Of a stretch of 64,000 nucleotides of DNA, positions 28,625 to 41,573 are shown piece after piece. Made by a program: the position numbers and the translations under genes. The first letter of the stretch is position 1. Each line of letters starts with the position of its first letter. Origin of the DNA: Eledone cirrhosa (Eukaryota); NCBI GenBank assembly GCA_964016885.1, contig CAXHJY010000967.1, positions 62,001 through 126,000 of the forward strand, written 5' to 3'. Below the pieces are notes generated by a model. It saw nothing but the letters and a program-made list of their open reading frames with translations, did no database searches and was not told the DNA's origin.

Positions 28625-28762
28625 TATCATGCAACTACCTACATCTCTACCTAACTTAAGCTAGTACAAACAAAAACAAAACTTAAAACATGGCTCATGA
28701 AACCAAGTTAGGAAATTATTGTAATATCTGAGTAAAGTTCATTTTAAAGATTTTACAAGATA

Positions 28763-28950
28763 TAATTGTTTCTACTTTTGGCACAAGGCCAGCAATTACC
28801 TAGTACATTACTGGTACTTTATTTTATCAACCCCTGTAAGGATGAAAAGCAAAGTTAACCTTGACGGGATTTGAACCTAGAATAGCAAGTGCCGTAACTC
28901 TATGCTGCAAAGCATGGCGTCCGACGCTCTACCGATACTGCCAATCCACC
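28763..28950 (-). mobile_element. SINE family A, short subfamily
   Basis: Same diagnostic deletion. Confidence 0.85.
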
Positions 28951-29472
28951 TGATTTACTGGTATCCCATTTTAATAATAGATTTGTATGAATCGTGATGT
29001 TTCTGGACATGGACCATTATTCTAGCTGATTCCTTTTAGATGATATTACAAAGAGTACCACAAAAACATGTGCTACAAGAAAACAAGTCAAGCATGGCAA
29101 CTTTGGAGCAATATGTTCCACAAAACAATTTCATCATCATCATCGTTTAATGTCCATTTTCCATGCTTGCATGGATTAGATGGGTTGCCCACGTCATGAG
29201 AGAAGTCTAGCCAGCTGGCTGTGCCCTACCTTGCTCAGACGGAACTGTAAATTTGGCTGAGATTTTTACAGCTGGATGCCCTTCCTAACACCAACCACAT
29301 TTACAGTGCGGGACATATATAAATACATAAACCTTTTAAAGATATTCTCTCTATATACACATTTGCATAGTATAGAAAACTTTACTTAAAACATTAAAAA
29401 CCAGCAAAAAAAACCCAATTAAATTCATCATGTGAATGTAAGTTACAGCCATTATAATGCTTGGGTACTCAC

Positions 29473-29580
29473 TGCAACTGCCATTTTGCCAAGGATCTTT
29501 TCTGGTATAGGTATGCGTGTTTTCTTTAATAATTTATCTAAGCAAGTTGCCATTAGTTCCATACAGATCCATACTTCACT
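29473..29580 (-). CDS. MAP2K7: MKK7 exon (108 nt): SEVWICMELMATCLDKLLKKTRIPIPEKILGKMAVA
   Basis: ttttcag/GTGAGT; hinge MELMATC. Confidence 0.98.
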
Positions 29581-30255
29581 CTGAAAATATAAAAACTTAA
29601 TGTATTTTTCAAGGAAATAATTTCATGTAAGCTATCATCATCATCACCATCATTTAATGTCTGTTTTCTATGCTAGCAAGAGTTGGACAGGTCACCACAG
29701 ACCAAGTCAATACTTCATCAGAGCTACTGACCTCACATTTTGTTTATATACATTCCTACACTCTACAAAATACATTGGGTGCATTTTAACATGGCACTAG
29801 CACCAGGTAGGTTGCCATGTCTTTGACACAGCTGAAGAATCCTCTTATCACTTTTGTTTGGCAGCTTATCTATGGCTGAATGCCCTACCTGCCACCAACC
29901 ACTTTTTATCACATCATCAATACTAAAGAGGTTGCCATGCCTTTGAAACAAAAACAACTGAAACATCCTCTCAACTCTTTTGTTGGCATGGTTTCTAAAG
30001 CTAGATGCCCTTCCTACCACGAATCACTTTACAGTATACTGGTTGCAATTTTTGTGGCACATCCTTATCATTTTAACATTTGTTTTCCCATCAGTTGGAC
30101 ATGTCTGCAGCACAGGATATTACCACAATCCTGTTTAAATTAAAATTATGAGGTCCAACATGTTTAAATTTTCCCATGTCCACTTTGGATTTCCTCTACC
30201 AAAAATACCTTTCACTGTCAATACACAGCATTTCCATTTAAAAATCATGATTCGT

Positions 30256-30633
30256 TCACATCACATTTATTAACCATCTTGCCAACAACAACCCTGAGCA
30301 CCTTTTTGATTTCCATGTGTCTAACACACGTCGGCATGTCAACAAAGTCAGAAAACAGCACAGCTCCCATGACTTTCTGAAACATTTTTTCACGCTCAGA
30401 GTTGCTGAAGCATGGAACAAACTACCTGCATCAGTTGTTAGCTGTCGAGACACTGCATCCTTTAAAACCTCCACGCTTCCTGAGATTTGCCAACACTACA
30501 CGCACACATCTATTTCATGACTCATACACTGTTCATTTTCCTGACATTTGAACATTATTCTATGTACTATACATGTACCTTTGATGAATTGTAGTGCACC
30601 TGAGCACTGTACACAATAATTTCATTATTATTA
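30256..30633 (+). mobile_element. CR1-type LINE 3' fragment with (ATT)n tail
   Basis: TRRH..K...KHFFTLRVAEAWNKLPASVV is a typical CR1 ORF2 C-terminus. Confidence 0.8.
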
Positions 30634-30952
30634 TACATGACCAATGCAGTTGTCTTTCCTGTACAGCACCGCTGATAACTTTAAAGTTTAAACATTCTCT
30701 TTCTGTATGAAAGCAGACTGTTATAGAATGTGTTGAAATAGTGTAATGCAGAATTGAGATACATGAGCAGAAAATATAGAATACTTATAACACCAGAGGA
30801 CACATATTGTTTATGGGTATGTATACTGATTTTCATGAATAATTGAGGGCAGCGAACTTTAATGGCAAACCAAGAGAGATTTGGAAATCATTTTTCATAA
30901 CATATCACATACCAAAATCGTTTTGTGATGGAGGTACTGACAATGATAAATA

Positions 30953-31140
30953 ATAATTGTTTCTACTTTTTGGCACAAGGCCAGCAATTATTCCAGTGTA
31001 TTACTGGTACTTTATTTTATTTTATCGACCTCGTAAGGATGAAAGGCAAAGTCAGTGGGATTTGAACTGTCCGTAAAGGGACGTAACTGTGCTACAAAGC
31101 ATGGCGTCTGACCCTCTACAGATACTGCCAATCCACCGCC
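30953..31140 (-). mobile_element. SINE family A, short subfamily
   Basis: Same family; flanked by an aatgataaataa direct repeat. Confidence 0.85.
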
Positions 31141-31365
31141 CTTGATAATGATAAATAACAACAATGATAAATAATAATGATGACTTTGTGCCTATACAAC
31201 TTCTTTTTCACATAGATAGCATCTGGAGCTGATGAGCAAAGAATACTTTCCTTAGATTATAATACAGAGTTTGAGTAAGATTCAACAAACATTAGCATGT
31301 TTTCTTGCTGTGCAGCCAATTCACCTAATGTAACACATTTTACATGCTGCTTCACTAATACTTAC

Positions 31366-31485
31366 AGTAGTTATGAATATCCCTATACACTGAACAATGT
31401 AAGGACAATCATGGCTTTTCATAACAACATCCAAATCCATAATTATCCGTTTGTTTTCTTCTCTGTTACTGGAGCGACGCATTTG
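31366..31485 (-). CDS. MAP2K7: MKK7 exon (120 nt): QMRRSSNREENKRIIMDLDVVMKSHDCPYIVQCIGIFITT
   Basis: ttttcag/GTAAGT; near-identical to the MKK7 alphaC region. Confidence 0.98.
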
Positions 31486-32012
31486 CTGAAAAGGAAATGG
31501 AAAAAAAATACACTATTTGAACAGAAAAAAAAAGTTTTTAAGGTTGAAATTAAAAAGAAATAGAAAAAAAAAAAACAACATTTCTAGAAGAGTTGTCACA
31601 TTCCATATGTCACATTAAACATGGAAATAGTTTGTGCTAAGGAAGGCAGCTAATTTATTTTTTTAATCCTACATAAATTAAGTTCAACCCTAGACTCTGA
31701 ATAGAATTGAGGCCTCTTTTGTCTCAGATGGAACTAAGTAAATTTCTCTAGCGATTAAAATTAAAGGAGTTAACAAAGACAAAATTAAAAATGCAAATTG
31801 GTAAATTTTAATAATTTTCAATATAAAATTTTTAATTTAATTAAACAAAAAAGGGTCTGAAAATTTCAATTGTAAATCATTTATAAATAGTTTATATTGT
31901 TTGCTTCATTTTGTCAAATTTAATACTGAAATATAAAAATTGAAGACCCTAATAAATTTGATCACAGTGAATAACCCGAAAAGATTAGAAAATAGAACAT
32001 TTTAATAGATAT

Positions 32013-34390
32013 TCCTTCTTCTTCGCCCACTTATTCTTGAGAGGGTTGTGGAGTCATCAAACTCTCCTGTCAGAAGCAACTGTCTCCAACTGATCCAGCT
32101 GGATCTTCAAGCAAGACCAGCCAATGGGGGTCAACCAGTTGGTTTTGCCTGTAAAATCTGTCAGCAATTCTTTCCTGAGACATTCTACCCACATGCCCAT
32201 AGAGTCAGAGCTGTGATCTCTCAATTCGGAGAAGTAGTGGCTCTCTGGTCTCTGCTATGCCCTCTATCGAGTAATGTTAGTCCAAAGACCCTTCGGAAGA
32301 GCCCCATTTCAGCTGCTTGTATTCTTTCGGTCATTATCAAAGATTCATGACCATAGGGAAGGGGGTTAACAAATACCAAATTGAAGATAGCAAGTTTGGC
32401 TTTTATGCCTACCTCCCTTTTTCTGGTTACTCTGCACCAGCTCCTGCAATTCTTGCCCTTAATTCCTGCTGCTGCCTTCCACCACTCATGAACATGGCCA
32501 TGAGATACTTGAACTTCACTATCTGCTTCAGTGGAACTCCATTTACATGTAGATTGCACTGACAGTTTTCTTGAGAGGACAAGCAGCACTGTAGCTTCAG
32601 CATCAAATCTATTGAGTGCAAGTCGAAGATCACCTTCTGTCAAGTTAAGTAACACCATGTCATCTGCAAATTCCAGCCGACAGATTTTACACACCAGTCA
32701 TTATAGCACTTACAACCTGGCTGTGCATGTCAATCCTGTTCATGTAAATAATGAATAGAAGTGAAAGTACACACCCTTGGCAGAGTCCAACTCACACATT
32801 GAATGGTTTTGATTTAGAACCATTTATCCCAAAACAAATACTTGGGCATTCGTATAGAGTCATCAGGGCAGCAATGAGCTGACCATCGATTTCATACTCC
32901 TGCAGAACCTTCCACAGCAGGTCTCGAGGAACGTGATCATATGCTTTTTGAAGGTTGACAAAACAAGAATATACCTCTTGGCAATACTCCCATGTTTTCT
33001 CGAAGACCTACCGCAGCGTGAATATTTGGTCGGTTGTGCAGCGTCCGAAGCGAAACCGCACTGCTCATCAGCTTGCTAGGGCTCGACAATCTCTTTGTCA
33101 GACACTTAGCATAGATTTAACCAGGGAGGCTTAACAAGGAGATCCCAATGTAACTGGAACAATCTCTCTTAGAAGTATCATTCCTGATTGCCATTGCTTA
33201 GGTGCCTTTCCAGACATCCAAACCACCCAGGACACACAAGTCAGCCAGAGAATACCTTCTCTATTTAAGGCTTTTAACATCTTGGGCCAGATTTCATCTC
33301 CCCAGTGGTCTTGCCATATTTGAGCTCTTTAATTGTTCTTGTGACCTCAGTCTCTGAGAGATTAGTCACTACTCCCAGATGCACCTCATGTACATCAGAT
33401 GTTATGATCAGGTTTAGGATATTTGCAAAGTATTATCTCCATCTTGCGAAGAAGTACCTCTCTGAAGAGAGAACCCAAGACACATTCTTGATGGCAGGAG
33501 TGGAGGAGGACTTCTTATTACAAAGTCCGATTCCAGCTTAACCCCAAAGTCCTGCCATGTCTTAACTTTGGATGTCTTTACTGTCTCTGCTGTGATTGTT
33601 CACAACTGCTTGTACTATAAGTGCAAGAAGGACGTATTTCCAAGCTAAGCTTTGTAAGCCTCCTTCTTTGCTCAAATTGCATCTTTAACCTCTTGATTTA
33701 ACCAAGGGGTCCTCATGCCATCCGGTGCCACACTAAGCCTCTTTCACCTGCAGCATTTAATAGCTGAAGCAGAAACTACCGTGCTGAACAATCTCCACTC
33801 TGTCTTAACGTCCTCAGTTTGCTCAGGGAGTTCTCTGAATATGGATGCAATAGTATCTGCATACATGGTCCTGACTTCCCTATCCACCAATGCTTCCCAC
33901 TTTATCCTGTAGGTCACCCTGAACCTGCCAGTTTTGTGGGCTTATTTGGCTTTAAGTAGTCTCAAGTTGCAGATACCTAGATGGTGATCAGTTGACAGCT
34001 CAACCTCTCTCTTAACACAAACATCCAGCACAGAATTGAAGAGATCAGATACAATAATATAATCAATTATTGATCTCTGTTCCTGATTCTCCTTATACCA
34101 TGTATATTTATGGATGTCTCTGTGCTGGAAGAAGGTATTCATAATAAATAATCCATTGCTAGAACAGAAGTCTAATAAGGCCTCTCTATTCATATTTAGA
34201 TCGGGATTGCTTTTCCTTCCAATCACTCTTTTCAATGACAGGTGATCAGTGCCAACATGTATATTGAAGTCTCCCATCAGGATATATGACTCAGTTTGAA
34301 CTGCATCTAATGCTACAGTGACTTCATCAAGGAAGGACTTGTATTTGGACTCCTTGTTTGGTACATAAACTTCTATCACCCACAGAGACC
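32013..34390 (-). mobile_element. Decayed RTE-group LINE of a second family (APE endonuclease + RT, (GAA)n tail)
   Basis: ILMGDFNIHVG, IDYIIV, STDHHL (33942-34379); LEFADDMVLL and VKFKYL (32221-32694); many frameshifts. Confidence 0.9.
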
Positions 34391-34590
34391 TAGATATTCC
34401 TAATGGCTTTATTAAATTCTCATCCTAGACAAGCTATTATTTTGAGAAAAGTTAAAAACTTTATTTAAAGTGGAATATATTTTCAAAATAGTTAAGTTAT
34501 TTTAGCTGAAAATCACTGAAATCTACCAAAAGCTAAAAATAATGTTTCACAAATATATTCAGCAATGTAGTTATTTTATTTACTATTTAC

Positions 34591-34704
34591 CTTCACAGCC
34601 AAATAACTGCTAGTTTTCCGGTGCCTCATTTTAATCACCTGTCCACAAGTACCATGACCAAGTTCACCTAGAGCCTCTAAATCACCACAGTCACTCGGAA
34701 GTTT
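34591..34704 (-). CDS. MAP2K7: MKK7 exon (114 nt): KLPSDCGDLEALGELGHGTCGQVIKMRHRKTSSYLAVK
   Basis: Gly-rich loop and VAIK-type lysine; tcattag/GTAAAT. Confidence 0.97.
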
Positions 34705-34795
34705 CTAATGAAAAATAAATTAATATATTATGTATAATTCACAAATTGCAATATAATATAAATAAATGTGAAAAGGGCCATGAAGTCAGGAACTA

Positions 34796-35052
34796 TTAAC
34801 CCTTTCATTTCCATATTTCTAATAAATAACACTATCTATGATTTTCAAATAATTTTGCAGATAATTAAGAATTTAGGGGATTCAATAAAATATCTAACTT
34901 TCTCATTATTAAACTGATGTCTGAAGTATAACAAAGTTCCTAATTAAAATTACAATGTAAAAGTTTTAAATAAATGTAAATACTTTAAGATAAATAGCTT
35001 TGTATGTTAGAACCAAGAGCAGTTTCAGGTGGTTTGGTATCAGAAGAGTTAG
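34796..35052. mobile_element. piggyBac-like MITE family 2
   Basis: ttaaccctttcatt start; shared gtttcaggtggttt near the right end. Confidence 0.65.
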
Positions 35053-35650
35053 ATGTACAAAGATAGGTATGTTGATGATGGTTTACTGAACTGATGCCCA
35101 TCCACAGGGCTTTGAATGTGAGTGTGTCTCAAATATATTGTTTCACCCACATTCTATTAATGCTCTAGATCCTTTGACTTTTGAACCTTGCAACCAGTTC
35201 TTCAGAACTCTTGAAATTATTATAGTTAGGAATCCTAGAAGTAGGCCCATCAGACTCAAGTCAGAGATGACGCCAAAATTCTATTACATAAACATATAAT
35301 GAAACTGAAAATATCTCGACATTCTATTATGACAACCAAGGAGATGAGATAATTTGCAATTTCACAGGAACAAATGATGATGATGATGATGTAAATATAT
35401 GGATTACAAGTATCACAAAGATAAAGTTTTAAGAATAAAAGCACCATGTAGAGACATTTTACTCAAAGATTTAAAACATATCAATATTTCAAAGTAGTGA
35501 TGTGTTTATTGAGAGAATTTAACTGCTACAATGAGTATGTGGAGGTTACAACATCACACCCCTTATTTGGCTATCTGACTATCAAAATTATTTTATGCAA
35601 TAAGCTCAATGAGTGTCTTGTAAGGATAACTAAACAAATCAGTAAATTAC

Positions 35651-35717
35651 CTGACCATTCAAGTTTAAAATACCAGTTTGTTGCATTATTTCTTGATACT
35701 TTTGTTCAATTTCAGCT
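35651..35717 (-). CDS. MAP2K7: MKK7 exon (67 nt): AEIEQKYQEIMQQTGILNLNGQ
   Basis: ttttcag/GTAATT; similar to human IEIDQKLQEIMKQTGYLTIGGQ. Confidence 0.95.
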
Positions 35718-35785
35718 CTGAAAATAGAAATATTGAAAAAGAAAACATAAATCATAATATAATGAATATATGAATTGATGACATA

Positions 35786-36379
35786 TACAGGGTGTGTCAG
35801 AAAAGAGACAGGAGTCACAAAAAAAATATTTGAAATCTAAATTACAGATCTTCTGCATGCCCAAATCTTTGGTGATAATCTTCCAAATGCTGTCATGGTT
35901 CATGCTCAGCTCACTTGTGATCAGTCAAACAGTCAGCCGACAATCACCACACTATCTATTTCATGTGCTCAACCTTGTCCTCTGTCCTGCTTGTTGAAGG
36001 CCTTACACTCCTGGGATCCACTTCCACGCCCTCGTGTCCCTCTCTGAACCTTTAGTGCTACTTAAAAGCCCGTGTACATGACATCGTCTCATCTCCGTAC
36101 ACTTGCTATAGTATTCCAAGAGCTTTTGACAGAGTTTTCCCCAGCTGGACTAGAAACTTCAGGCTGGTTCGTTGCTCTGTGCCTATCGCTCGACAGCCTA
36201 AAGTTGAGGAGCTGTTAACAAAAGCACATGAAAAAACATACAATGGCTGCAGAGAACTGAGATTGCAGTTACATAGCCCCCAGATATTACGTTACATGGT
36301 GATGCAACCTGCTAATCCCTACCCCACTCTTAGCTCACACAGCACACTGAGTCCTGTTACTTTTCTGACACACCTTGTA
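35786..36379 (-). mobile_element. Internally deleted mariner element
   Basis: ~32-bp TIRs TACA(G/A)GGTGTGTCAGAAAAG with TA ends; minus-strand remnant of the transposase HTH N-terminus (EQRTSLKFLV...RFREG...IITKDLGMQKIC). Confidence 0.85.
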
Positions 36380-36781
36380 TGGAGCAGTGCTGCTACTACT
36401 ACTACTACTACACACACATACTTGGCTGTATATAAAAGAAAACTGACCACTTGGCAATGATTCACTCACTAACAGTCTTTAACCACTAACACACAAATGT
36501 ACTGCTTCTTCTCTCTGTCACTTCTATAACTACTACAATCACCTCTTCTCTTCTGAACTAAACTAGCTGCAAACCCTCTCCAGTCATGCTTATTCATCCC
36601 CTTTGTTTCACATCCCAAACAAAATAGTTAATCTAATTCTTCTGCCCCAGATCTGCAACCCTCTGGAACTCTCTCTTAGCCCCCAAATTTATCCTGCAGA
36701 CATTTACAGAAGTTGAACATCCAGGATATCAATTTCAACAGGGTCTATGAATACCCTTATCATTGCCCCTCCACTTTTGAC

Positions 36782-37048
36782 TTAAGAACCCCTTCGGTCA
36801 CGAATGACCATGAGATTTGCACCTAGAAAGTTTCCCTTCATGCCACCAATGATGTCCAAAAGAAAGGCAATGGCTGATACAGCTTGACACCAGTGACATC
36901 GCAACTCATTTCTACAGCTGAGTAAACTGGAGCAACATGAAATAAAGTGTCTTGCTCAAGGACACAACGCATCACCCGGTCCAAGAATCGAACTCACAAC
37001 CTTCCAATTGCAAGCCCAATGTTCTAACCACTGAGCCATGCGCCTTCA
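36782..37048 (-). mobile_element. tRNA-derived SINE family B (CORE/V-like middle)
   Basis: tggctcagtggttaga A box, gagttcgattc B box, gtgtccttgagcaagacact core. Confidence 0.85.
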
Positions 37049-37559
37049 CTTTTGACTAACCTATGATAATAATATGTTATTTCACATTTCAAAATATTTG
37101 AAATGTGAAGAAAGAAAAATATTATATATGTTCAGACATTAAATAATGGGGTCTGTATTCAAGTGTAGTAATACAACTAGTTTAACAGATCATTGCCAAC
37201 TTATTCTAACATTGCCAACTAACACTAACATCTTATTGACACAAAACTATCCACATATTCATTGCAATGAAATGAAAATGCTTCTCAAGCCCCAAGAGGC
37301 ATTTAAGAGCCAATTTCTAACTCTGGTGAAATGGCATTATGTAAATAGAGATAAATTTCTCCCTTGAGACAGAATACTAATTTATCACAATAAAGGTAAC
37401 ATTTCCAGTTAATCTGAGATATATATATTCCCAACAGTTAGTTGAACTTAAGTACTGTCAAATAGACTACAATGAAATAGAGCAGCATCTTTATGTAGAT
37501 ATTTCAACAGCTTTTGCAACCAGACATCTGATTTCTACATTTAATAAATTACTAGATAA

Positions 37560-38933
37560 TACAGAGTTGCTCTCTTCTTTGAGGACACATCTTTAGTCCT
37601 TTAATGTTCAAACCGGCCAAAACTGGCCAGAATTCTCTACCTCTTGCTGTTGAAACTGGCTGTAACTGGTCACTCAAACTGATGTTAAGGTATTGTTCTC
37701 AAAATAAATACTTTTAAAATCTCATAGATTCGATGTTATGTGAGATAATTATGCGAGGTAAAGCCTTTACCATGTAAATATAATAGTATATATAGAGTAA
37801 TGCGAATGTTAAAGGGTTAAATAGTTCTTTTTCCTAACCTGTTCTGATAAATGATGACAGCTAACTCAACAAATGAAAAAGCATACTGTAATCATTGTCT
37901 TAAAGGCAGAGCATAGTGATTTAGAGAGTGCTTGCTTCCTGAATGTTACACGGTAGTTTGTTGTCAAAGTGTGCAAAGAGCTGGAAGCTGCTGATGGTGG
38001 TTCTACAGCAGTATCCAATGTAAGACACTTGCTAAGGGTCCTAACACCATCAGAACACCCAAATTTGTACAAGAAGTGCAAAAAAGATAAGAATCCTAGA
38101 AAGTTAATTAGTGCCATTGCTCAAGGTTTCAAAGTACACTATCAGAAGAATTGCACATGAGGACCTTCAATACAAGTCATATGGGATGCAGAAATGCCAA
38201 TTAATGTCTGCAAAGAGAAAAGATAACTGTCTGATCTGCACAAAGCGCTTGTTGAGAAAACTGAAACATCAAGAGCCTGGAATGCTTTGGTTTTCCTCCA
38301 ATGAGAAAAACTTTGAGCAGAACCAAAAGGTCAACTGAAGGAATGACAGATGGTTATGCAGAGACCCTAAAGACACTCAAATGGTCATACACACAGTTTC
38401 CGGCAATTGTGAGCAGCGAGAGAGATGTCATGTCTCCCCACTTCTTTCCTCAGGACTAGGGGTCAATGATGCCGACTATAAAGGTGTTGAAGAGGGTTAT
38501 GGGGCTTTGGATAGAAAGTGAGAGCAAAGGAAGACCATACACCTACCAATAAGATTCTGTACCATCTCATAAGGTCAAGATGACCCAATTATGTCACCCC
38601 AAACATATGGCCTCCTATCCCTTCAGACCTGAATCCGTTGGGGCATGACGAGAGGGAAGTCAGTCAACGCTCTCATAACATTATAAAATTTCTGAAGTCT
38701 GCCATAACTAGCATAATGTCCAAAATAGATAAAGATCATTTGATTGAGGCATTTCAACATTTCAGACTTCATATTGAAGCAGTCATCGATGGTAACAGTA
38801 GATTCACTGAGTGGATGCATCAAGAAGAGTCTCAAGATTATTCATGCCAATTTTTTCTCAAATATAGCTTTTCTTTCATGACTTATGCACTTTTGATTAA
38901 GGCAAATGTCCTCAAAGAATTGAGCAAACCTGT
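37560..38933 (+). mobile_element. Decayed Tc1/mariner-superfamily DNA transposon (maT/DD37D-like)
   Basis: ~28-bp TIRs (TACAG.gTTGCTC..TTCTTTGAGGACA) with TA ends; transposase remnants WFSSNEKNF, RNDRWLC, WPP..SDLNPL. Confidence 0.85.
37593..37820. mobile_element. piggyBac-like MITE family 1, nested just inside the left TIR of the maT-like element
   Basis: Same internal sequence as the other two copies; ends aaagggttaa. Confidence 0.8.
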
Positions 38934-39084
38934 ATATCCATCTTCAGCATATTTAAGCTTTAGATATAAAGATACTGAGTAATATATATGAAAGGTGAAC
39001 AGTAAATGAGCAAAGCAATTATTTGTCTAGAGGGCTAGGAGAAAACAAAGAGAAATTCTAAAATGAAATAGAAAAAATATTTAC

Positions 39085-39190
39085 CCATCTGGCTGCCTAA
39101 GAGCTGAACTAGGACAACAATCTAAGGCTGCTGGACGTCTTCTTCCAGATGATGGTGCAGAACTTGAGCGACCTGTAGTAATCTCACCAG
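39085..39190 (-). CDS. MAP2K7: MKK7 N-terminal exon (106 nt, phase 1 to 2): GEITTGRSSSAPSSGRRRPAALDCCPSSALRQPDG
   Basis: ccttcttag acceptor, GTAAAT donor, open frame; phase fits the next exon. RRRPAALDC resembles a JNK docking (D) motif. Confidence 0.85.
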
Positions 39191-41573
39191 CTAAGAAGGT
39201 AAACAATAATAACTATGAATTAAGCTTCTTCCAAAGAAATAAAAGACAACAACTCAAGAAAGGAAAAATAATCCCTAGTAATAAGAGTAGAGTTTATTTC
39301 GGTAACACATACATTCAATATCAAAATGAAAATGATAATATGAATTTTATCCTGAAAAAAAAAAATTAATCAGGAGATAAACAGTGAATAGTATTAAATT
39401 AATGAAGTTTAAAAGTGAATAATTAGGAAGAAGAGACTTTGCATTGGTATGTTATCTTGCAGGAAATAAAATTTATAACTGACAGAAAAAAGAACAATTT
39501 AATTTAAAGTGTTTTAAATAATGAGGTAAATTTTTTACTGTTATTTTCAAAATGGTTTAATTACAGGAAATATATCTGACTACAAAATGAATTTTCTTTC
39601 TTTTTTTCTATTTATATGTGTTGAACAGAAATCAATATTCATTCATGTTTATTAGAGTTTATGCTGAAGACATAGAATTAAACAATTTTAGTGAAGATAA
39701 TATACAACTACATACAAAAGTCTCTATATACAAGAAAGCAGCACTGAGAAGCTCTGCTATTTAAGCTTTTCATTGTATATTAAATTTAAATTGTATACAA
39801 TAATTCATATTTCCCACAGAAAACTAGTTTAAAATGAAACATATCAAAATTGAATAAGTAACAAATACAGAAAACTCTGCTAATATTACAAGCAGATGGT
39901 TCAAATTTGAATGTTTAGAAAAAAATGATGCTCTTTAATATATTCTCAATGAAACCTCAAATATATTAACTGAAATTTGTTCAATGAAAATTGCTATTGA
40001 ATCCCAATTGTATTTAGTTTTACACTATAGCTTCCATATTTCAGTTTATGAAAATATAGAAAAAGTGAGAGAAAAGCCATGGACACATTTATTTCAGGAA
40101 TTGTTAAGGCAATAAGAATATAAATAACAGCATTTGTTAAAATATGTATTTAAAAATTTTATTTATATTGTTTAGAAAAATAAATTATTGTATACAAGAA
40201 CTATAAGCCCCTGCTTTTAGAAAAATATATTAGAAGGAACTGGTTTTGATCAGATATAATTGTGTTATTGGTGAGTTAAAGCTGATGAACCAAAGAAATC
40301 ATAAGAAAAAAATGAATAGTTGCTTGATGTTTATATTTACCAATATTTTTAGAACCAAAATACTTACATTAGAATAAATGGTTACAAAAAGAAATGAGAG
40401 AGATTAATAGGAACTTTCAAACATCCAAAGCCAAATATAATATTGATTGAAACAGAAGAATCATAGCAACCAAATCTTTCTAATCAAAAATGATTTTTCC
40501 CAGAAGAGTACATGCCAATGATAAAATCAATCAATAATTTGATGTATGCCATATGCCTCACCATCATTCATTTCAATTGAATACTTTTTATTTATTCATT
40601 TGTTATCTTCCGTGCAATTCATTGATTGACTTTTGTTTTGCTTTTCGTAAAAGCCAGCAGAAAATGTTGAAATATAGGTAGCTCAATTCCATATGGAATA
40701 ATGTAATGTACTGACTTAACCAAAAGAAATTGCAATCAAATATTAGATATTATCATTGGTAAAGTCATTAGCAATTCTCTACCCCACAACAGTTTTAATC
40801 ATTATTATTGGAACATTTCATTTACATTGTGAAGGAACAAAATAGAAATCAGGTAATGAAAGCTATATATAGAAAATAAGAAAAGAAATAATGAATAAAA
40901 TTCTATTAAAAAAAATTCAGCTGAAAACAAGAGAATTTAGATTTCATAGAAAAGCAAAACTGCTACACAAAAATTATATATATATATATACATAATTGGT
41001 GTGGGATGCTATGTGATATCATACTCGGGCAAAACGTACGTAAGTACTGTTTTAACAGTTTGTTCTTCTTTACATACTTCTCCACGTGCTTCCGTTCTGC
41101 TTATTCTCTCGCTCACTAGATATTAACACTTCTAATATTTAACACTGCAGGCACAAGTATTGAGCACCTTTTGCATACGCTATTGGCAAATAACTACATG
41201 TATCGCCTTTCTCTCCTTCTCTCTCTCAGTACTTAAATATTCTATATATATATATATATATATTCTATATATATATATTTAAAGACTGATAAATGTTTTT
41301 AAAAGCTGGTACAATGTGGTAGAAAAATACAAAGGGCAAATGATGACAAATGAAACAAAACAAAGTAATGTTTCCCCCAGTGTATTTTAGAATTATATTT
41401 TAGGGCTATTGCCCAGTCCATCACAAGGCTAAACCCACAGCTATTGTGGTACTCATTTTCAGCTGAGTATACTGGAACAATGTGAAATGCAACCCATCCC
41501 AGGAATCGAACCCATGACATTATGATCCAACACCCTTACCACTAGGCCATGCACCTCCACACACATATATACT

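Larger units (their letters stand above)
19317..39190 (-). other. MAP2K7: MAP2K7 (MKK7/hemipterous) gene span, 5'-incomplete; 11 coding exons visible
   Basis: Manually spliced GT-AG exons are all phase-compatible. They give GxGxxG (GELGHGTCG), LAVK, HRDVKPSN, LCDFG, the MKK7-type activation loop [18 protein letters not shown] and the C-terminal EHPFIKRYEMLNVDVAAWFADV, closely matching human MKK7 as recalled. Confidence 0.97.

Noticed and set aside
36960-37048. tRNA-like sequence (also 20768-20825 and SINE A heads)
   Set aside because: SINE heads with A/B boxes that run into SINE bodies; no complete cloverleaf.
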